Assembly (NCBI GenBank): GCA_048128005.1
Contig: JBEUKZ010000117.1
Location: forward strand, 124,001 to 188,000
DNA from: Veleropilina oligotropha
Taxonomy: Eukaryota
DNA: 64,000 nucleotides
Reading direction: 5' to 3'
Numbering within the stretch: the stretch's first letter is position 1; each line of letters begins with the position of its first letter. A model generated the notes under the pieces. The model saw only the letters and a program-made list of their open reading frames with translations, was not told where the DNA came from and made no database searches. Below, one piece after another: positions 49,515 to 64,000 of this stretch. The position numbers and the translations under genes are program-made.

Positions 49515-52398
49515 TAAAATTTTATTCGTCTAAAATATATGACATTGGTATTAACACTTTTGGACAGCGAAAGACAATTGGGCATGGCATCAAACGTAAA
49601 CCAAAAAACCCATGGTTTAATGGTGATTGGTTTGACAACAAAAGTGCTTTTAAAAGAGAAAGAAATGCTTATAGACGCTCACGCAATGAAACCAACAGAC
49701 AAAAATTTCTAGTAGCTAGAAAACTGTATATAAAAACTAAGAAAAATGCTATATTTGAATATAAAAACAAAAGGGGCAGAGAACTAAGTAGCATTGCCAA
49801 ACATGACCCAAGGAAATTTTGGACCACAGTGAATAAAAGCAATGATAAACCCCATAATGCACACAAACCAACTAATGACCAATTTAAAACTTATTTCCAA
49901 AATTTGTTTGGCGAAATACCCGATGAATTACCAAATGATATCATTGAAATTATCAATGAAGCGAACATCGATTTCAATGCCATTACAACATCAGATGAAA
50001 CCTTAGACGGTACAATTACAACTTTAGAAATTCGAACAGCAATACAAAAAATGAAAAGAAACAAAGGTGCCGGCAACGATAAATTAATATCAGAAATGTT
50101 TATAGATTCTATTGAATCCTTTATCCCACTCCTGCACAAATTGTTCAATACTATATTAAGCAACGGTGTATATCCAAAATCATGGTCAACTGGAATAATT
50201 GTCCCAATACCAAAGAAAGGCGACTTGGCAGACCCAGGCAACTATCGAGCAATATGCGTATCAAGCGTGTTTGGAAAATTATTCTCAAGCATTATAAACT
50301 CCAGATTAATGTCATGGGCCGAAACTAACAACAAATTGATAACAAATCAGTTCGGTTTCAGACCCGAACGCAGCACCATTGATTGAATCTTTATTTTGCA
50401 AAATATTATATCAATAACATTGTCAAAGAAAAAGAGTCTTTTCTGTGCATTTGTTGATTTTAAAAAAGCATTCGACAAAGTTAATCGAGATGTTCTTTAC
50501 TATAAATTATGGAAGTCCGGTGCTAGTACCAAAATAATCAAATTAGGGAAAAGTATGTATTCGCAGGTTGATATATGCGTGAAATATGATAACACGACTT
50601 CGCAATCCTTTCCTAGCTTTCAAGGTGTTAAACAGGGCGAACCGATGTCACCAATCCTTTTTCTATTCTGTATAAATGATTTCTTGTCAAATTATAACCC
50701 TAATAACAACAGTGATGTAATGACGATTGATACAATAGTCCTATTTTCGTTACTCTTTGCTGATGATGCAGTATTGTTTGCCTATTCCCCATCTGAGTTA
50801 CAGAACCAGTTAGATCACTTATACGACTATTGTAAGCGATGGAATCTCACAGTTAATACTGATAAAACAAAAGTTGTAATTTTTACCAAGAAAAGGCGAA
50901 AACCTGATTACGAATTTAAATATGATCATAATGTTATTGAGCAACGCGACTCGTTTACATATTTAGGACTCAATCTACATACGAGTGGAAATTTGAAACA
51001 CACCCAAAAAGGCAAGCACAACAGGGGGGGCGAGCTTTAGGAGGACTGAACAACATACTGAGTAATTACAATTTTACAATCCAGACACAGTTGAATTTGT
51101 TCGACTCACTTGTAACTCCAGTGTTGAACTATGGGGCAGAAATCTGGGGATTTCACAAAGGGGATGATGTCGAAAAGATACATACCAAATTCTGTCGTAA
51201 AACACTTCAAGTTCCACAACGTGCTTCAAACTATTTTATGTATGGCGAATTGAATCGATTTACGATGTCCATACTCAGAAAGGAAAAAATTATAAAATAC
51301 TGGCTTAAATTAATCAAAGACAAAAATGCTTTAATCTACAAAATATACAATTACAATAGACGATACTGTGGCAGAAATAATTCAGTAAATTGGGCTTCAT
51401 GTGTAAGGGATTTACTTTTCGAATTGGGATTAAATTATTACTGGCATGATCAAGACTTTGTAGAAATTTCAATGACACTAATAATACAGCGATTGCATGA
51501 CCAATTTAAACAATGCTGGCATAACTCGATTTTAACGTCACCAAAATTAGATCTCTACTCTCAATACAAGATCACAATGTCTTTCGAAAAATATCTGAAC
51601 CTGAAAAATCGGTCATCAAGAAAATTAATTGCAAATATCAGAAGCAGCAGCTGCAAACTGGCAATCGAAGAGGGACGATTCCAAGGCATTGAAAGGTCAC
51701 AACGGTTATGCCAGCATTGTTGCCATCAATAAATAGAGAACGAATATCACTTTGTTCTGGTATGTCCCAAATACCGAGAACTTCGAGCAAAGTACCTTCC
51801 AAAATATTATACAAGATGGCCTACTATTCAAAAGTTTACAAATATAATGTCAACTGAATCAAATAAAACACTATCATGTCTTGGTGTGTATATAAAACAT
51901 GCACTCGCTTTGAGAAACCTATCATCTGCATGACTACCTGCAACATCATCTTATTTGTGTATATTCATGTATATAATTTTACTATTTTATGTGTATATTT
52001 TTGTATTAATATTTCAATATGTATAGGAAAATTTATTTATGTGTGTGCGGATACGTTATTTTATGTATGTGTTGTAATTATTCTGTAATGGATTTTCAAC
52101 AACAGTTTATCTCGATATGCAAGTAGATATATGCATTTTAGTAATTTTATATATATATATATTGTTTATACAGTACACACTTATGTTGCTAGTAAATGCT
52201 AATATTGAATGTCTACCTTAATATAATAATAGTATTACTCCTTCCAAATACAATATCGTATTTTTTATTATTTAACGTATACACTACAAAAAGCAATATA
52301 CCATTCACCTGTCTGTATTTAATTATATTGTAATATTGGCTAAAAACATGTACTGTGTTTATAGCTTTAATAAATTGAATTGAATTGAATTGAATTGA
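49515..52398 (+). mobile_element. 5'-truncated LINE (RTEX- or CR1/L2-like RT with C-terminal Cys/His motif), pseudogenised
   Basis: NYRAI, QFGFR, FVDFKKAFD, GVKQG, LFADD, LNYGAEIWG, LAIEEGR, RLCQHC...HF..CP; AATAAA + (TTGAA)n tail; TSD ATTTC (49510-49514, 52399-52403); empty site at about 63818-63822. Confidence 0.88.
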
Positions 52399-53148
52399 AT
52401 TTCGATTGCAAATTACATCAATAAACGGAATCAGCATCTTAAAGGATTGCTTCTATATTTTGTTTTTGTGTGTGGCTTCACTGAGTTGTATGCCTGAGTT
52501 GTATCCGTGATCTGTTCGCGACACAATTAATTGTTTGTCTTTGTCATCGTATCGCAGTGAAAATGTATAAACTTGCTAAGGAAATTAGTATATGTATTAA
52601 TATATTGCGTGTATATTTCCAGGTAGCTTGGTAAAGGCAATTCACAATGGCGACTGGAGCTGTTATCTCCTTTTCTCATTCGTTGATCCTCGAAAAATGT
52701 TCAACTAGTTGAACGCAACACCGATCGATGGTCAGTGATCGCGCAGAGCTACCCGCAGCGTCCAACCAGCACGTGACCAATAAAACAAGTTTCATTGAAT
52801 AAGACGTGGAAATATGCGAATAGTTGGAATCGCATATAACAGTGTGAGAGTTTGCGATGTGCGACCTTTCTCTATCTAATTTTGAGTGTTGTGTCCTGTA
52901 TAAAAAGAAGGGAAAACTGCCTCATTTATTTGAAATAATATTGTGAATCAATGTGATCTTAAATATTTATTGGGAGCCAGATATGTAGTTTACAGTACCC
53001 AAGGAATATTATATGCAATATCGTAACATAAATTCCAGGAGGTGAATACGAGATACTAGTATGATGTGATTCGAAGATAACGGGTACCAATGCTGAATTA
53101 AGCGTCATGTGGCGATACTTTAGGGATTTGAGTTCCATAAATTTCCAA

Positions 53149-54012
<864 letters not shown>

Positions 54013-55782
54013 TTATAATTAATTATAAAGGTTAAATAAGACATATGCTGGTGCCTTAACTATATTTCCAGAGTTAGCTCATGAATGGTCAATCCAATGG
54101 ACAGTAATCACACAAAACAAACCAGCTACGATTTCTAGCAGTTGGAGAAAAGCATTCCAATATGTGACCTCGTTTCAAATGTTCCTCTACGAAATAGTTG
54201 CTTAATTACTTGATTTCAGACCAGACATGAAAAAGACCGTTGTTCTCAGACAATATAAACTTCATGCTGTCTTCACTGATCTTCGGGGTCATGGAGCGTC
54301 AAGAACTCCAGTACCAGTATAGAGGATACCTAGCTGAATGGAAGCAAGTTCTTCTTATTTGCCATCGCCTTATCGTGGTATGGGGTCGGCGGCCTGAATT
54401 ATCCTTCTCCATTCGTCTGTCATGTATGTCACCCTCTGTCAGATACGTATTACTACAATGATTTTAAATACTAGTATTTAATATTTTTGGTATTTGTTTA
54501 ACTATATTGTTTTTGTTGATTTAATATATTGCTATTGTTCTGTATAATATACACATTTGAATCGTTTTTTGTGTCATAAAAGTCGGGCTAGTATAAAATC
54601 GAGCAGGGCCAGTGAAAATTGGAATCTAACTAGCCCTGGGCTAGTGAAAATTTTTGAGATTTGTCCAGCCCTGTCTATGCCCACTTTATGCAATTGTGTG
54701 CGATTTTTATACAATAAGGGGGGGTATTTCACCCCCCAATATTTTACTGATGCTCATAGACAGAAGGCTTAAAGTATATATCTGAGTTCATAGCTTTTAT
54801 CACACGTACAATATCCTTGAGATATCTGCATCTACCGGCAGTCACCATTATATAGAGTATAATTATTATACAGCTGACTGAGCATGCGGCTATTACATGC
54901 CTTCACCTTTTATGAAGTGATGAAATGATTCATAAATATTGTTAAGAAATATCACATTTACATCATCAGAATACAGGAGAGGGTGTTTCGCATGGTTATT
55001 TGCCCAAAAATTATTCCCCTGGGGAACAAGGTCCATAACGCGGGCCATTGATAGTATAATTCGACCCGTAAGGCCCTTCAAAGTCCTGTTGACCATCATG
55101 TCCTGTAGTTGTAGTTCCTGGTCATATATACAGCTGCATATTATATTTCAAAAACGTCTTTGGGCTATCTTTCAATTTGAAAACTTTTACAGAGTGGTGA
55201 AAATTATTCCAAGATGTTGGTAAGAAATAGCACCTTAGCGATCTCAGAATACAGTCAAAATTTGCTTCCGCGTGGGGCCCACGCGGACCATTGATGTAGG
55301 ATTTAAAAGTACCTTTATTTAAAATTAGCTATGTAAAGTCTGTGCCCTTTATCATGTTGTATAAATACGTCTATTCATCCCCTAAAATGCAGGACACAGT
55401 TTCACACAGTTTCCTGCTGCGCGGACAATTATTAATATTGTAACAGTTGAACCCCCTTTCAAACTTCAGAACCCCCCCCCCCCCTTGGGGGTGGTTCATG
55501 AAAAAAAGACACGGTCTGGGGGTGGGTCACCATTTTTTGACACGCTCAGTAGACCATTTCCACCGTCCCCTCACCCCCTATAATAAATGACCAGTCCCTT
55601 ACTCTCTATTAAACTGCTCGATTTCCATTGGTTGTTTATCCGTTGAGAATCCACGGTGTGCACGGGATTAGACGGTGTACAACTGAAAACAAGGGCGGCA
55701 TTGTACACCGTGTGATTTTTATGTCTTGACCTTTTTGTAAACAAGGACAAGACATTATCAAATGGTCCGTGTGTATATACTT

Positions 55783-56130
55783 TTACACAACGGCTCTTTT
55801 GTTTTGAAGAGGTTGGTATTCAGCGTGAACACCTTGTTTTCAATGACGATTCAAAAGTAGGGTGGTATAGCCACACCAACCTACTTTTCACTCTATACCG
55901 ACCTGCGTCGGTGCAAGACGGCTAAAGCTGATCACAAGCTAAATTGACAACAAAGGAGCTATAATTGGCCGTTGTGTAAGTCGGTTACAAACCTCGTTAG
56001 TCGGTATTCATCTATTTGAAAGATCTGCTTCCGTGCTGTAACACCTCGACCGCTCCGCGGTCCCGGTGTCACGATCCGCATGGGCGCAGGTCTTTCAAAT
56101 CGATGAATACCTCCAACTCAGTTAGTAACC
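55783..56130. mobile_element. Crypton-like non-autonomous insertion present only in unit 2
   Basis: Two inverted-repeat pairs (ttacacaacggc/gccgttgtgtaa; ggtattcatc.atttgaaaga/tctttcaaat.gatgaatacc) inserted in the TA-rich tract; absent at about 41770. Confidence 0.6.
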
Positions 56131-56484
56131 TATACATATACTTATATATATATATATATATATATATCCGTCGATTTATTTGAAAACTACCTGCTCAATT
56201 TTCACCAAAATTGGTACACACATTCCCAAGAGTATTTGTAGGTCGTGTATATAACTTTTGCGACACAATTTTGCAAAAATATGCATTTATTGAGCACTTT
56301 TATCCATATTTGTATATAACGAATGTCTAATATTGCAAGCAAATGGCAATGACGTCATTACGACGTCGCTTTAGATTAATCGTCATTTGGTGACGTCACA
56401 ATCGACGGGGTAGTAAATTAAGCCATGAAGTACTTGCACTTAGCCATTGTATTAACTGTTATGAAAATTTGAGGGAAATAAAGA

Positions 56485-56742
56485 GGAGGAGGAATTATGC
56501 TTAATATCCTGTATATTTATAACATCGAGGTTCAAGGCAGGACATGTCCGTGTTATCGCGGGAGGAAACCCCGGTTGCCGGGTAAACCCGCCCTCTTCGG
56601 CCAGTCACGGACAACTGTGCTTCATAACTTGAACAAATGTGTGCTGCCTCAGCCGGGGTCGATCCCACTACTGTTCTCGTCAGCGGAAACAAGCCAGTGA
56701 AGTTAGAGTGGACACTCTACCCACTGCGCTACCGAAGCGGCC
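56485..56742 (-). mobile_element. tRNA-derived SINE (duplicate of 42169-42427)
   Basis: Near-identical sequence and the same TSD. Confidence 0.85.
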
Positions 56743-59700
56743 TGGGGAAATAAAGAAAGGTCAAGACATATTTCGAACGCGTCGTTCTTGTTAAGCTTAT
56801 CTCAATGACGTCTTCGGTCGATTGCATGATATAGGGAAGATAACCATGCCCGACTAAGATTAAGATTTGTCGTCTGCGTATGTTTACAAATGACATCTAA
56901 TCGATTTGCCAATAACACACAAGAAGATATAACCAAGAAGAAGGAAATCATTATTCCGAGGAATACAAAGAAATCCAACACATGTGCAGCAGTTTGATTT
57001 AGAGAATATGTATAGGAAAATAAATTGCACACGGATTGCGAAAAGTTCGATAAAGTACGTAAGGCTAGCGGATATACTGGGACACTTTTACGTCGATTTA
57101 AGGACAAAGTAAGGGGGCTATATAAGACGGCAACATTAGAGGGGATAAGGCATGGAATTAATAGATATTAAAAGTTTAATTATTGTAAATAGTGTTTATT
57201 TATTCCCAAATGCAAGTGTGTAAACAACGTGACGTCACATGTTTGCAATATGTCGTGACGGAAAATAGAGACTGGTCGGTTCATATTAAATACTGCCAAT
57301 ATTCAGAGACCATTTATTTCATTTGAAAGTAAGATAAAATCGTTGTCTTCCGATCACTCGGTGATTGTATTCCTTCCTGAAGTTGTACCCCTAAGCGCTA
57401 CGCGCTTCGGGGTACAACGTCAGGCGGAATACAATCACCGATGTTCCCCTCGTGATCGGAAAACAACTTATAATATGAGCATGTATTATGGTATAGGAAA
57501 GAGAAACCAGTCGTAGAATATTGTTTTCATGTCGATATAACTCCATAATCGTATCGATATGACTCGCGTCCATTATTACGTTGCAGCTTCGGGGTTACCC
57601 GGTACAACGTCAGGCGGAATACAATCACTGATGTCCCCCTCGTGATCGGAAAACAACTTATAATATGAGTATTTATCTTACTTTAGCTCTTAATACTGCA
57701 ATCTGATTGGTTAACGTTCCTTCGACAATTACCTATTCCCCACCCAGGCGGGGTATATGAATTACTTATACCTTACGTAGTTGTGTGTACTATTGTGATT
57801 TGGAGCGCCCTCGAAGACAAGGGAGATAATTGTGAACATGTCGTCTGCCAAAACATCAATGCAAATGTTAAGTCTTGGAATCGTCCATCGTTTCGAAAAT
57901 TTTGCATCAATTTCATTTGATAGTCGTAACGGTTTACACTTTTGACATTTTCATGTAAAATGAATATCCAATTATCCTTATTTAGCTAATTTGGGTGTTT
58001 ACTTCGACTTCCTATTATTCTCCTGCGCAGAGACGTCATTTCTTTATCGTACTGTAAGGAGTATTCTTAATTTCTCTGCCTGGAGAGTGACGGTTGCTAG
58101 GCATTATTATTTCATTCTAATGGGCGGGTCAGAATATCTTCAATATTTTATATACTGTAATGTATATTGTTATGGATGTATTTGCCACAAACATACTTTG
58201 TGTATATTTCAATAATCATGCCAATTATGCTAAAATATCACAGTTATAACGGAAGGAATATTTTTTATATTGAACACGAGTTTTACGCATGATCTTCGTC
58301 AGAGCTGAAAACATTATTTTAGGAACGCGTTTGTTTCGTAACAACAATAGCCTATATAAAATGGATTATTTTACGGAGTTACGAAGTTGGAAAAGAAACT
58401 TGTTCAAAAGACTTGATTTTATTATATTGAAGTAAGATAAATTCTTTGTCGGCATAGCCCTCGTGAAATATGTGTCTATGTACCGTTTGTGAGAATTTAT
58501 TAACCTCGACAGGTACATAGACCCATATTCCCCTCGAGCAATGCCGACAACTTATAGTATTATGGCATAGGAAAGAGCAACCAGTCGTAGAATATTGTTT
58601 TCATTTCTATATAACTCCATAATCGTATCGATATGACTCGCGTGCATTATTACGTTAATTGCAGCTTCGGGGTACAACGTCAGGCGAAATACAATCACCG
58701 ATGTTCCCCTCGTGATCGGAAAACAAATTATAATATTATAACTTACATAGTTTGTTAGTGACCGAATACGGATTTTACCGGGGTCAGTGGAAATTTCATA
58801 TTGGGCGAGGCGATAGCCGAGCCTAATATGAAATTTCAACTGACCCCGGTAAAATCCGTATTCGGTCACTAACAAACTATGTAAGGTATTTATCCTGTCG
58901 ACGACCTGCAAATATATTATTACGTAATATTTTGAGAAACGCAAATAAATAAATACATTGTTACCGTCATCACAAATCTTTATCCTGTCGCATTCCCGCT
59001 AAATCCTCGTCAATCGTAAATAACACGTCACGGCGTTATTGACGAGCATCTCTCTGCAGTCGACATTAATGAACTGTTTGACGACTTTTCACCACAGCAA
59101 CTTAATATCTTTCAGACGAATAATCAGCGACAACTTCCAATGTTTTACGGGTGTAAAATCGACAACATCAACATTACAATAAACAAGAAATAAAATGTCC
59201 TTGAGTGACCTCGTTTTCCCTCAATCGGTACTCGTTGACGTGATACGAAGCGGAAAAACTAGATATGGTTATTTTACATGGTCAGCACGTGACGTGATGT
59301 AACCAATGAATGGTCTAGAATGTTGTCGGAGGCAGGATAAGAGCATGTATTATGGTATAGGAAAGAGCAACCAGTCGTAGAATATTGTTTTCATGTCGAT
59401 ATAACTACATAATCGTATCGATATGACTCACGTGCATTATTGCGTTGCAGTTCGCCGGATTGGGGCGATTACAGGTACAGGTAACTTTTACATTTTGCAA
59501 AATTTCGTTCAAAGCGTTTTGTCATGTATCGTCAACTTTCAATCCAGCGTCGATAAAATTCATTGGGTCAGAGAGGTGTCCTGTATCGCAAAACATACCC
59601 CTACCGTGCCAGGAGTAGCAGTGCGCGTGCCCTGGATAATATATCCACTGAACCGTCAGTGACAATAGCTGCGTCAAAATGCCTTGATGGTATTTCAATA

Positions 59701-59957
59701 TCTACTTTTGTGTTCATGTAGTTGTATCTGCAGTAGCATATTTACTAACAAGAACGACGCGTTCGAAATATGTCTTGACATTTCTTTGTTTCGGTCAAAT
59801 TTGCAGAACAGTTATAACGTTATAATGGCGAAGTGTATGTACAGTAGTTTACCACCCCGTCGATTGGGACTTCACTCAATGACGATTAATTGAAAGCGGC
59901 ATCGAAATGACGTCATTGCTATTTACTAGATATTGGACATACGTTATATAGCATATA

Positions 59958-62900
59958 AGTAAGATCTAAGCCATTTTGTTGTATATGAACTTAAATACGA
60001 TGAATGGAACAAACTGGCAATTTTCAAAATACAGCATAGCAAACAAATCAACATGAATTTCAAACCAAAGAGTAAACAAGAAATCGTTAAAATCAACAAT
60101 CTGAATATTGGAACTTTAAACACACAAGGACTAAATGACAAATATAAACAACAATGTATCAAAGAAGACATAGAAAGATACCATTTAAATATTATAGCTG
60201 TTCAGGAAACAAAACTGAAAACAACATGCCTAGAAACTATCACGAACTGCAAAGGCAGGCATTTCGATCTTTTCTACTCAAATGAAGGAAACAAACACCA
60301 TGGAACAGCCTTATACATTGCAAGTGCGCTATCACCCGAATTCATGCCAATATCCAATCGCTTATGTAAGGCAACAATACATTTAAAAAACAGCAAGTTA
60401 ATCATTATATCAGCCTATGCCCCGACTGAAGCAAAGAATAAAACAAATCCTAAAGAATCGGAAGATTTTTATGATGAACTCGAACAATTAATAAACAGTG
60501 TCAGTAACAGAGACTTACTAGTTATTGCCGGAGATTTTAATGCGCAAGTGGGAAAGAAATCAGAGAATTTTGAAAACGTAATTGGAAACTATGCAAAAGG
60601 AGCGAAAATGAGTGAAAATGGAAAAAAATCTAGCTGATTTGTGCCAGAGACACGTATAATTCTACTTAATACATATTTCAAACATAAGATGGCCCATCGC
60701 ACAACATGGACATCACCTAAAACGCCAACAGATCCAAGAAAATAACAAATATAGAAATCAGATAGACTACATAATGATCAGAAGAAAACATCTAAATCAA
60801 GCCAATGATGCAAGAAGTTTTGGAGAAATAAAAACCAATACAGATCACAAACTGTTAAAAGCAAATTTTAATATAAAGTGGCACAAAATCAAACACAGCA
60901 GACATGAAAAAAGACCAGATCACAAACAACTCCGAGAAAAGAATGTTAGAGAAGCTTACGAAACCAAACTAAAAGACATACTAGAAAGAAATGATGAGAA
61001 AAACGAAACGCCACAAGAAACCTGGAGCAAAATATGTAAAGCATGTCACCAAGCAGCTATGGAAACTATACCAAAAACAACCAAAAACGGAAAAATAAAC
61101 AATGATGAGATCAAAGCACTATCGGTAAAGCAACATAAACTACGACTAGATATTGAAACAACAAAAAACAAGGAAAAACAATGAAATATGATAGAAGAAA
61201 GAAAAATGATCCAAAAAGAAATTCGAACAATAATTAGAAGAAAGGAAAATGTAAGAATTGGAAAGCAGCTAGAAGAAGTTGAAAAAGGAAGTAATGATTC
61301 TAGAAAAATGTTTCAGGCAATACAAGATTTACAAAAACTAGAACCAAATAAGAAACTCCTCATAGATGGAAAAGATGGCCTAACAGCTAATCCTAAAGAA
61401 CAAGTACAAATTATCACATCATATTTTAAAGAACAATTCCATAAGAATGCTGAGAAAATCCAAAACATAATTCTTGTCGAAATGAAATCTCCGTTCACTA
61501 CTGAAGAAGTAAAGAAAGCAATAAAGAAATTAAAATACAACAAAAGTCCCGGCATCGATGATATAAGAGCCGAACATTTAAAAAATGCCCCTGTACAAGT
61601 TTTCGATGAAATAAAAAACATTCTAAATGAAACGGAAAAAACAGGATAATATCCCGAAGAAATGAAGATTGGAATTCTTACACCACATCAGAAACCAGGA
61701 AAAAAACAAGGCCCACCATCAAATTTAAGACCTATAATTCTTCTCTCTCTATTGCGAAAAATCCTAGCAATTATAATGATAGAACGTATAACTGAGCGGT
61801 GTCTACAAAATATTCCAAAATCTCAAGCAGCCTACTAGACAGGCCGTAGCACCACTGAACACGTATTTGCTGTTAAAATACTTGCAGAACATGCAATATC
61901 ATCAGCCGATTACAAAATCCATATTCTCATGCTAGATATGAGCAAAGCTTTCGATACTGTTAATAGAGTAAAATTATTCGATCAACTCCAAAGCTTCCTG
62001 GAGGAAGATGAAATCCACATGCTGAAAATACTCCCAGAAGATGTTATCGTGAAGGTGAAAATTGAAAATGAAATAGGAGAAAACATTACTACAGATACAG
62101 GTGTTCCCCAAGGTGACTGTCTGTCAGCTTTACTTTTCATAATATACCCTAGCAAATGCTCTTAAAACACAAAGAACAGAAGTTGACCAGGAACACAATT
62201 GCAGTAAACCAAGACAAGAAATCGCAACAACAACAAATTCGTCAATATAAATAGATCACAACTACAATCTACCACATCAAACAACTGAAAAAGAAAAATA
62301 ACTATACCTAAACACTGACCTTCAATATGCTGATGACATGGTCCATATAACAAATGATAAAGCAAAACATGAAAAGCAAAAACAAGATCTACCATTACAA
62401 CTGAATTAGGACGATCTGAAAATAAATGAAGCAAAAACAGAAGAATATGACATATCCAAAGATGAACACGACTGGAAAAAATGTAAATTACTTGGCACTT
62501 TGATCGACACAAACGAAGACATCAAACGAAGAAACATGCTTGCAATCAATGCCCATAAAAAAAAATAAAAAATATACAAATCCAGCAAACTGTTCTTAAA
62601 AACAAAAATGCGATGCATCAATCTTCTTGTATAATAGCGAACTCTGGACACTAACAGCATCCCTACAAAAGAAGATTGATGCAATACAAGGCAAATTCTT
62701 AAGGAACATTATAAACAAAAAATGGCCAAATAAAATAACAAATGATGATCTCTACAAAGTAACCCAAGAAACAAAATGGTCCAAGAAAATTCAAATCAGA
62801 AGAGTCAAATGGTATGGACATGTGCAACGGTTGAACGATGAAACACCAGCGAAACAAATACTTGACTGTATATCATTAAATGAGAAAAATATAAAAAAGC

Positions 62901-63080
62901 CACAAGGAGGCCAAAAAACAACTTGGATGAAAAACATAAAGAAAGATCTAAATATTATAAAAAGACACCCAGATGAAAATATGCGTGAAATAGCTAAAGA
63001 TAGGAGAGCTTGGAGAGATAGATGTGATATTCTACGCTGATTTCGAAAAGGAAGGAAAAGCGTGCATGATGATGATGATG
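59958..63080 (+). mobile_element. RTE-clade LINE, copy 2
   Basis: Paralog of 45644-48766 with a perfect TSD ATATAGCATATA (59946-59957, 63081-63092); partly different stops and frameshifts. Confidence 0.92.
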
Positions 63081-64000
63081 ATATAGCATATATGCATAAA
63101 AGTGCCCAAGAAATGCATATTTTTGCAATAATATGTCGCGAAAGTCATATACACGACCTACAAATACTCTTGGGAATGTGTGTACCAACTTTGGTGAAAA
63201 TTGAGCTGGAAGTTTTCAAATAAATCGACGGATATATATATATATATAAGTATATATGTATATACACACGGACCATTTGATAATGTCTTGTCCTTTTTTA
63301 CAAAAAGGTCACGACATAAAAACGAACGAAGCGTAAAGTATTTGGGAAACGATCACTTTATCGCATTAATTCAATTACATTATGTTTTTATGCATTTATA
63401 ATTTATTACTGCATACTAGCAGAATATTACAATTAGATCTATCTCCATTTAACACTGTATTATTATTTAGAAATTAAATCATTCATATATATTACATCAG
63501 ATTTTGACTGAAACACTTAAATTCACACAATTACCATCGACTTTGGTCATGTCTCCTGTGATTGACTGTACTTGGGCTGATTTTGGTGCGTTCGAATTTG
63601 AACTTCGGCTGTTTGTATTTTATCCACATTTTAACCGTATTATTACGTTTTAGTCCCCCAAGAACGCGAACATAATCATAAGCAACGCAATGATTGATTG
63701 ATTGATTGACGGCTAGAGCGCTGGCTCATTTGTTTCACATGGTCACTGATTCAATCCCCGTTATCTACGAAATCAAACGAGTACGTGATTAATCCACAAT
63801 ACCCCATTTTTAGTTTTATTTCGATTGCAAATTACGTCAATAAACGGAATCAGCATCTTAAAGGATTGCTTCCATATTTTGTTTTTGTGTGTGGCTTCAC
63901 TGAGTTGTATGCCTGAGTTGTATCCGTGATCTGTTCGCGACACAATTAATGATTTGTAGATCATTGTTTGTCTTTGTCATCGTATCGCAGTGAAAATGTA

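Larger units (their letters stand above)
21867..52510 (+). repeat. Segmental duplication unit 1 (longer copy)
   Basis: Blocks 21867-23155, 27110-27544, 40645-49514 and 52399-52510 are colinear with, and highly similar to, 52511-63929. Confidence 0.9.

Overview
A eukaryotic, probably marine-invertebrate, genomic window made almost entirely of nested mobile DNA. From left to right: (1) The end of a Polinton/Maverick (adintovirus-like) element (1-4683), with a penton-like gene, a gasdermin-like membrane ORF, a secreted Cys-rich ORF, C-rich repeats and an ACTACT terminus. (2) A young 4.8-kb DNA transposon (6449-11250) with 469-bp near-identical TIRs. It carries an Academ/RAG1-type DDE transposase on the - strand and a spliced MADS-box + PHD-finger gene on the + strand, and the exons of the two genes are interleaved; this is the most unusual object in the window. 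(3) A decayed XPG-type Academ transposon abutting a truncated Gypsy LTR retrotransposon. (4) From 21867 on, a tandem segmental duplication (compact unit about 11.4 kb, 52511-63929) built around a C2H2 zinc-finger array. The first copy is 30.6 kb long and additionally carries a DIRS element, a solo LTR, an Academ relic and an RTEX-like LINE; hAT-like, Crypton-like and Helentron-like non-autonomous elements, SINEs and an RTE LINE occur in both copies. All family assignments come from reading motifs by eye; no searches were run.
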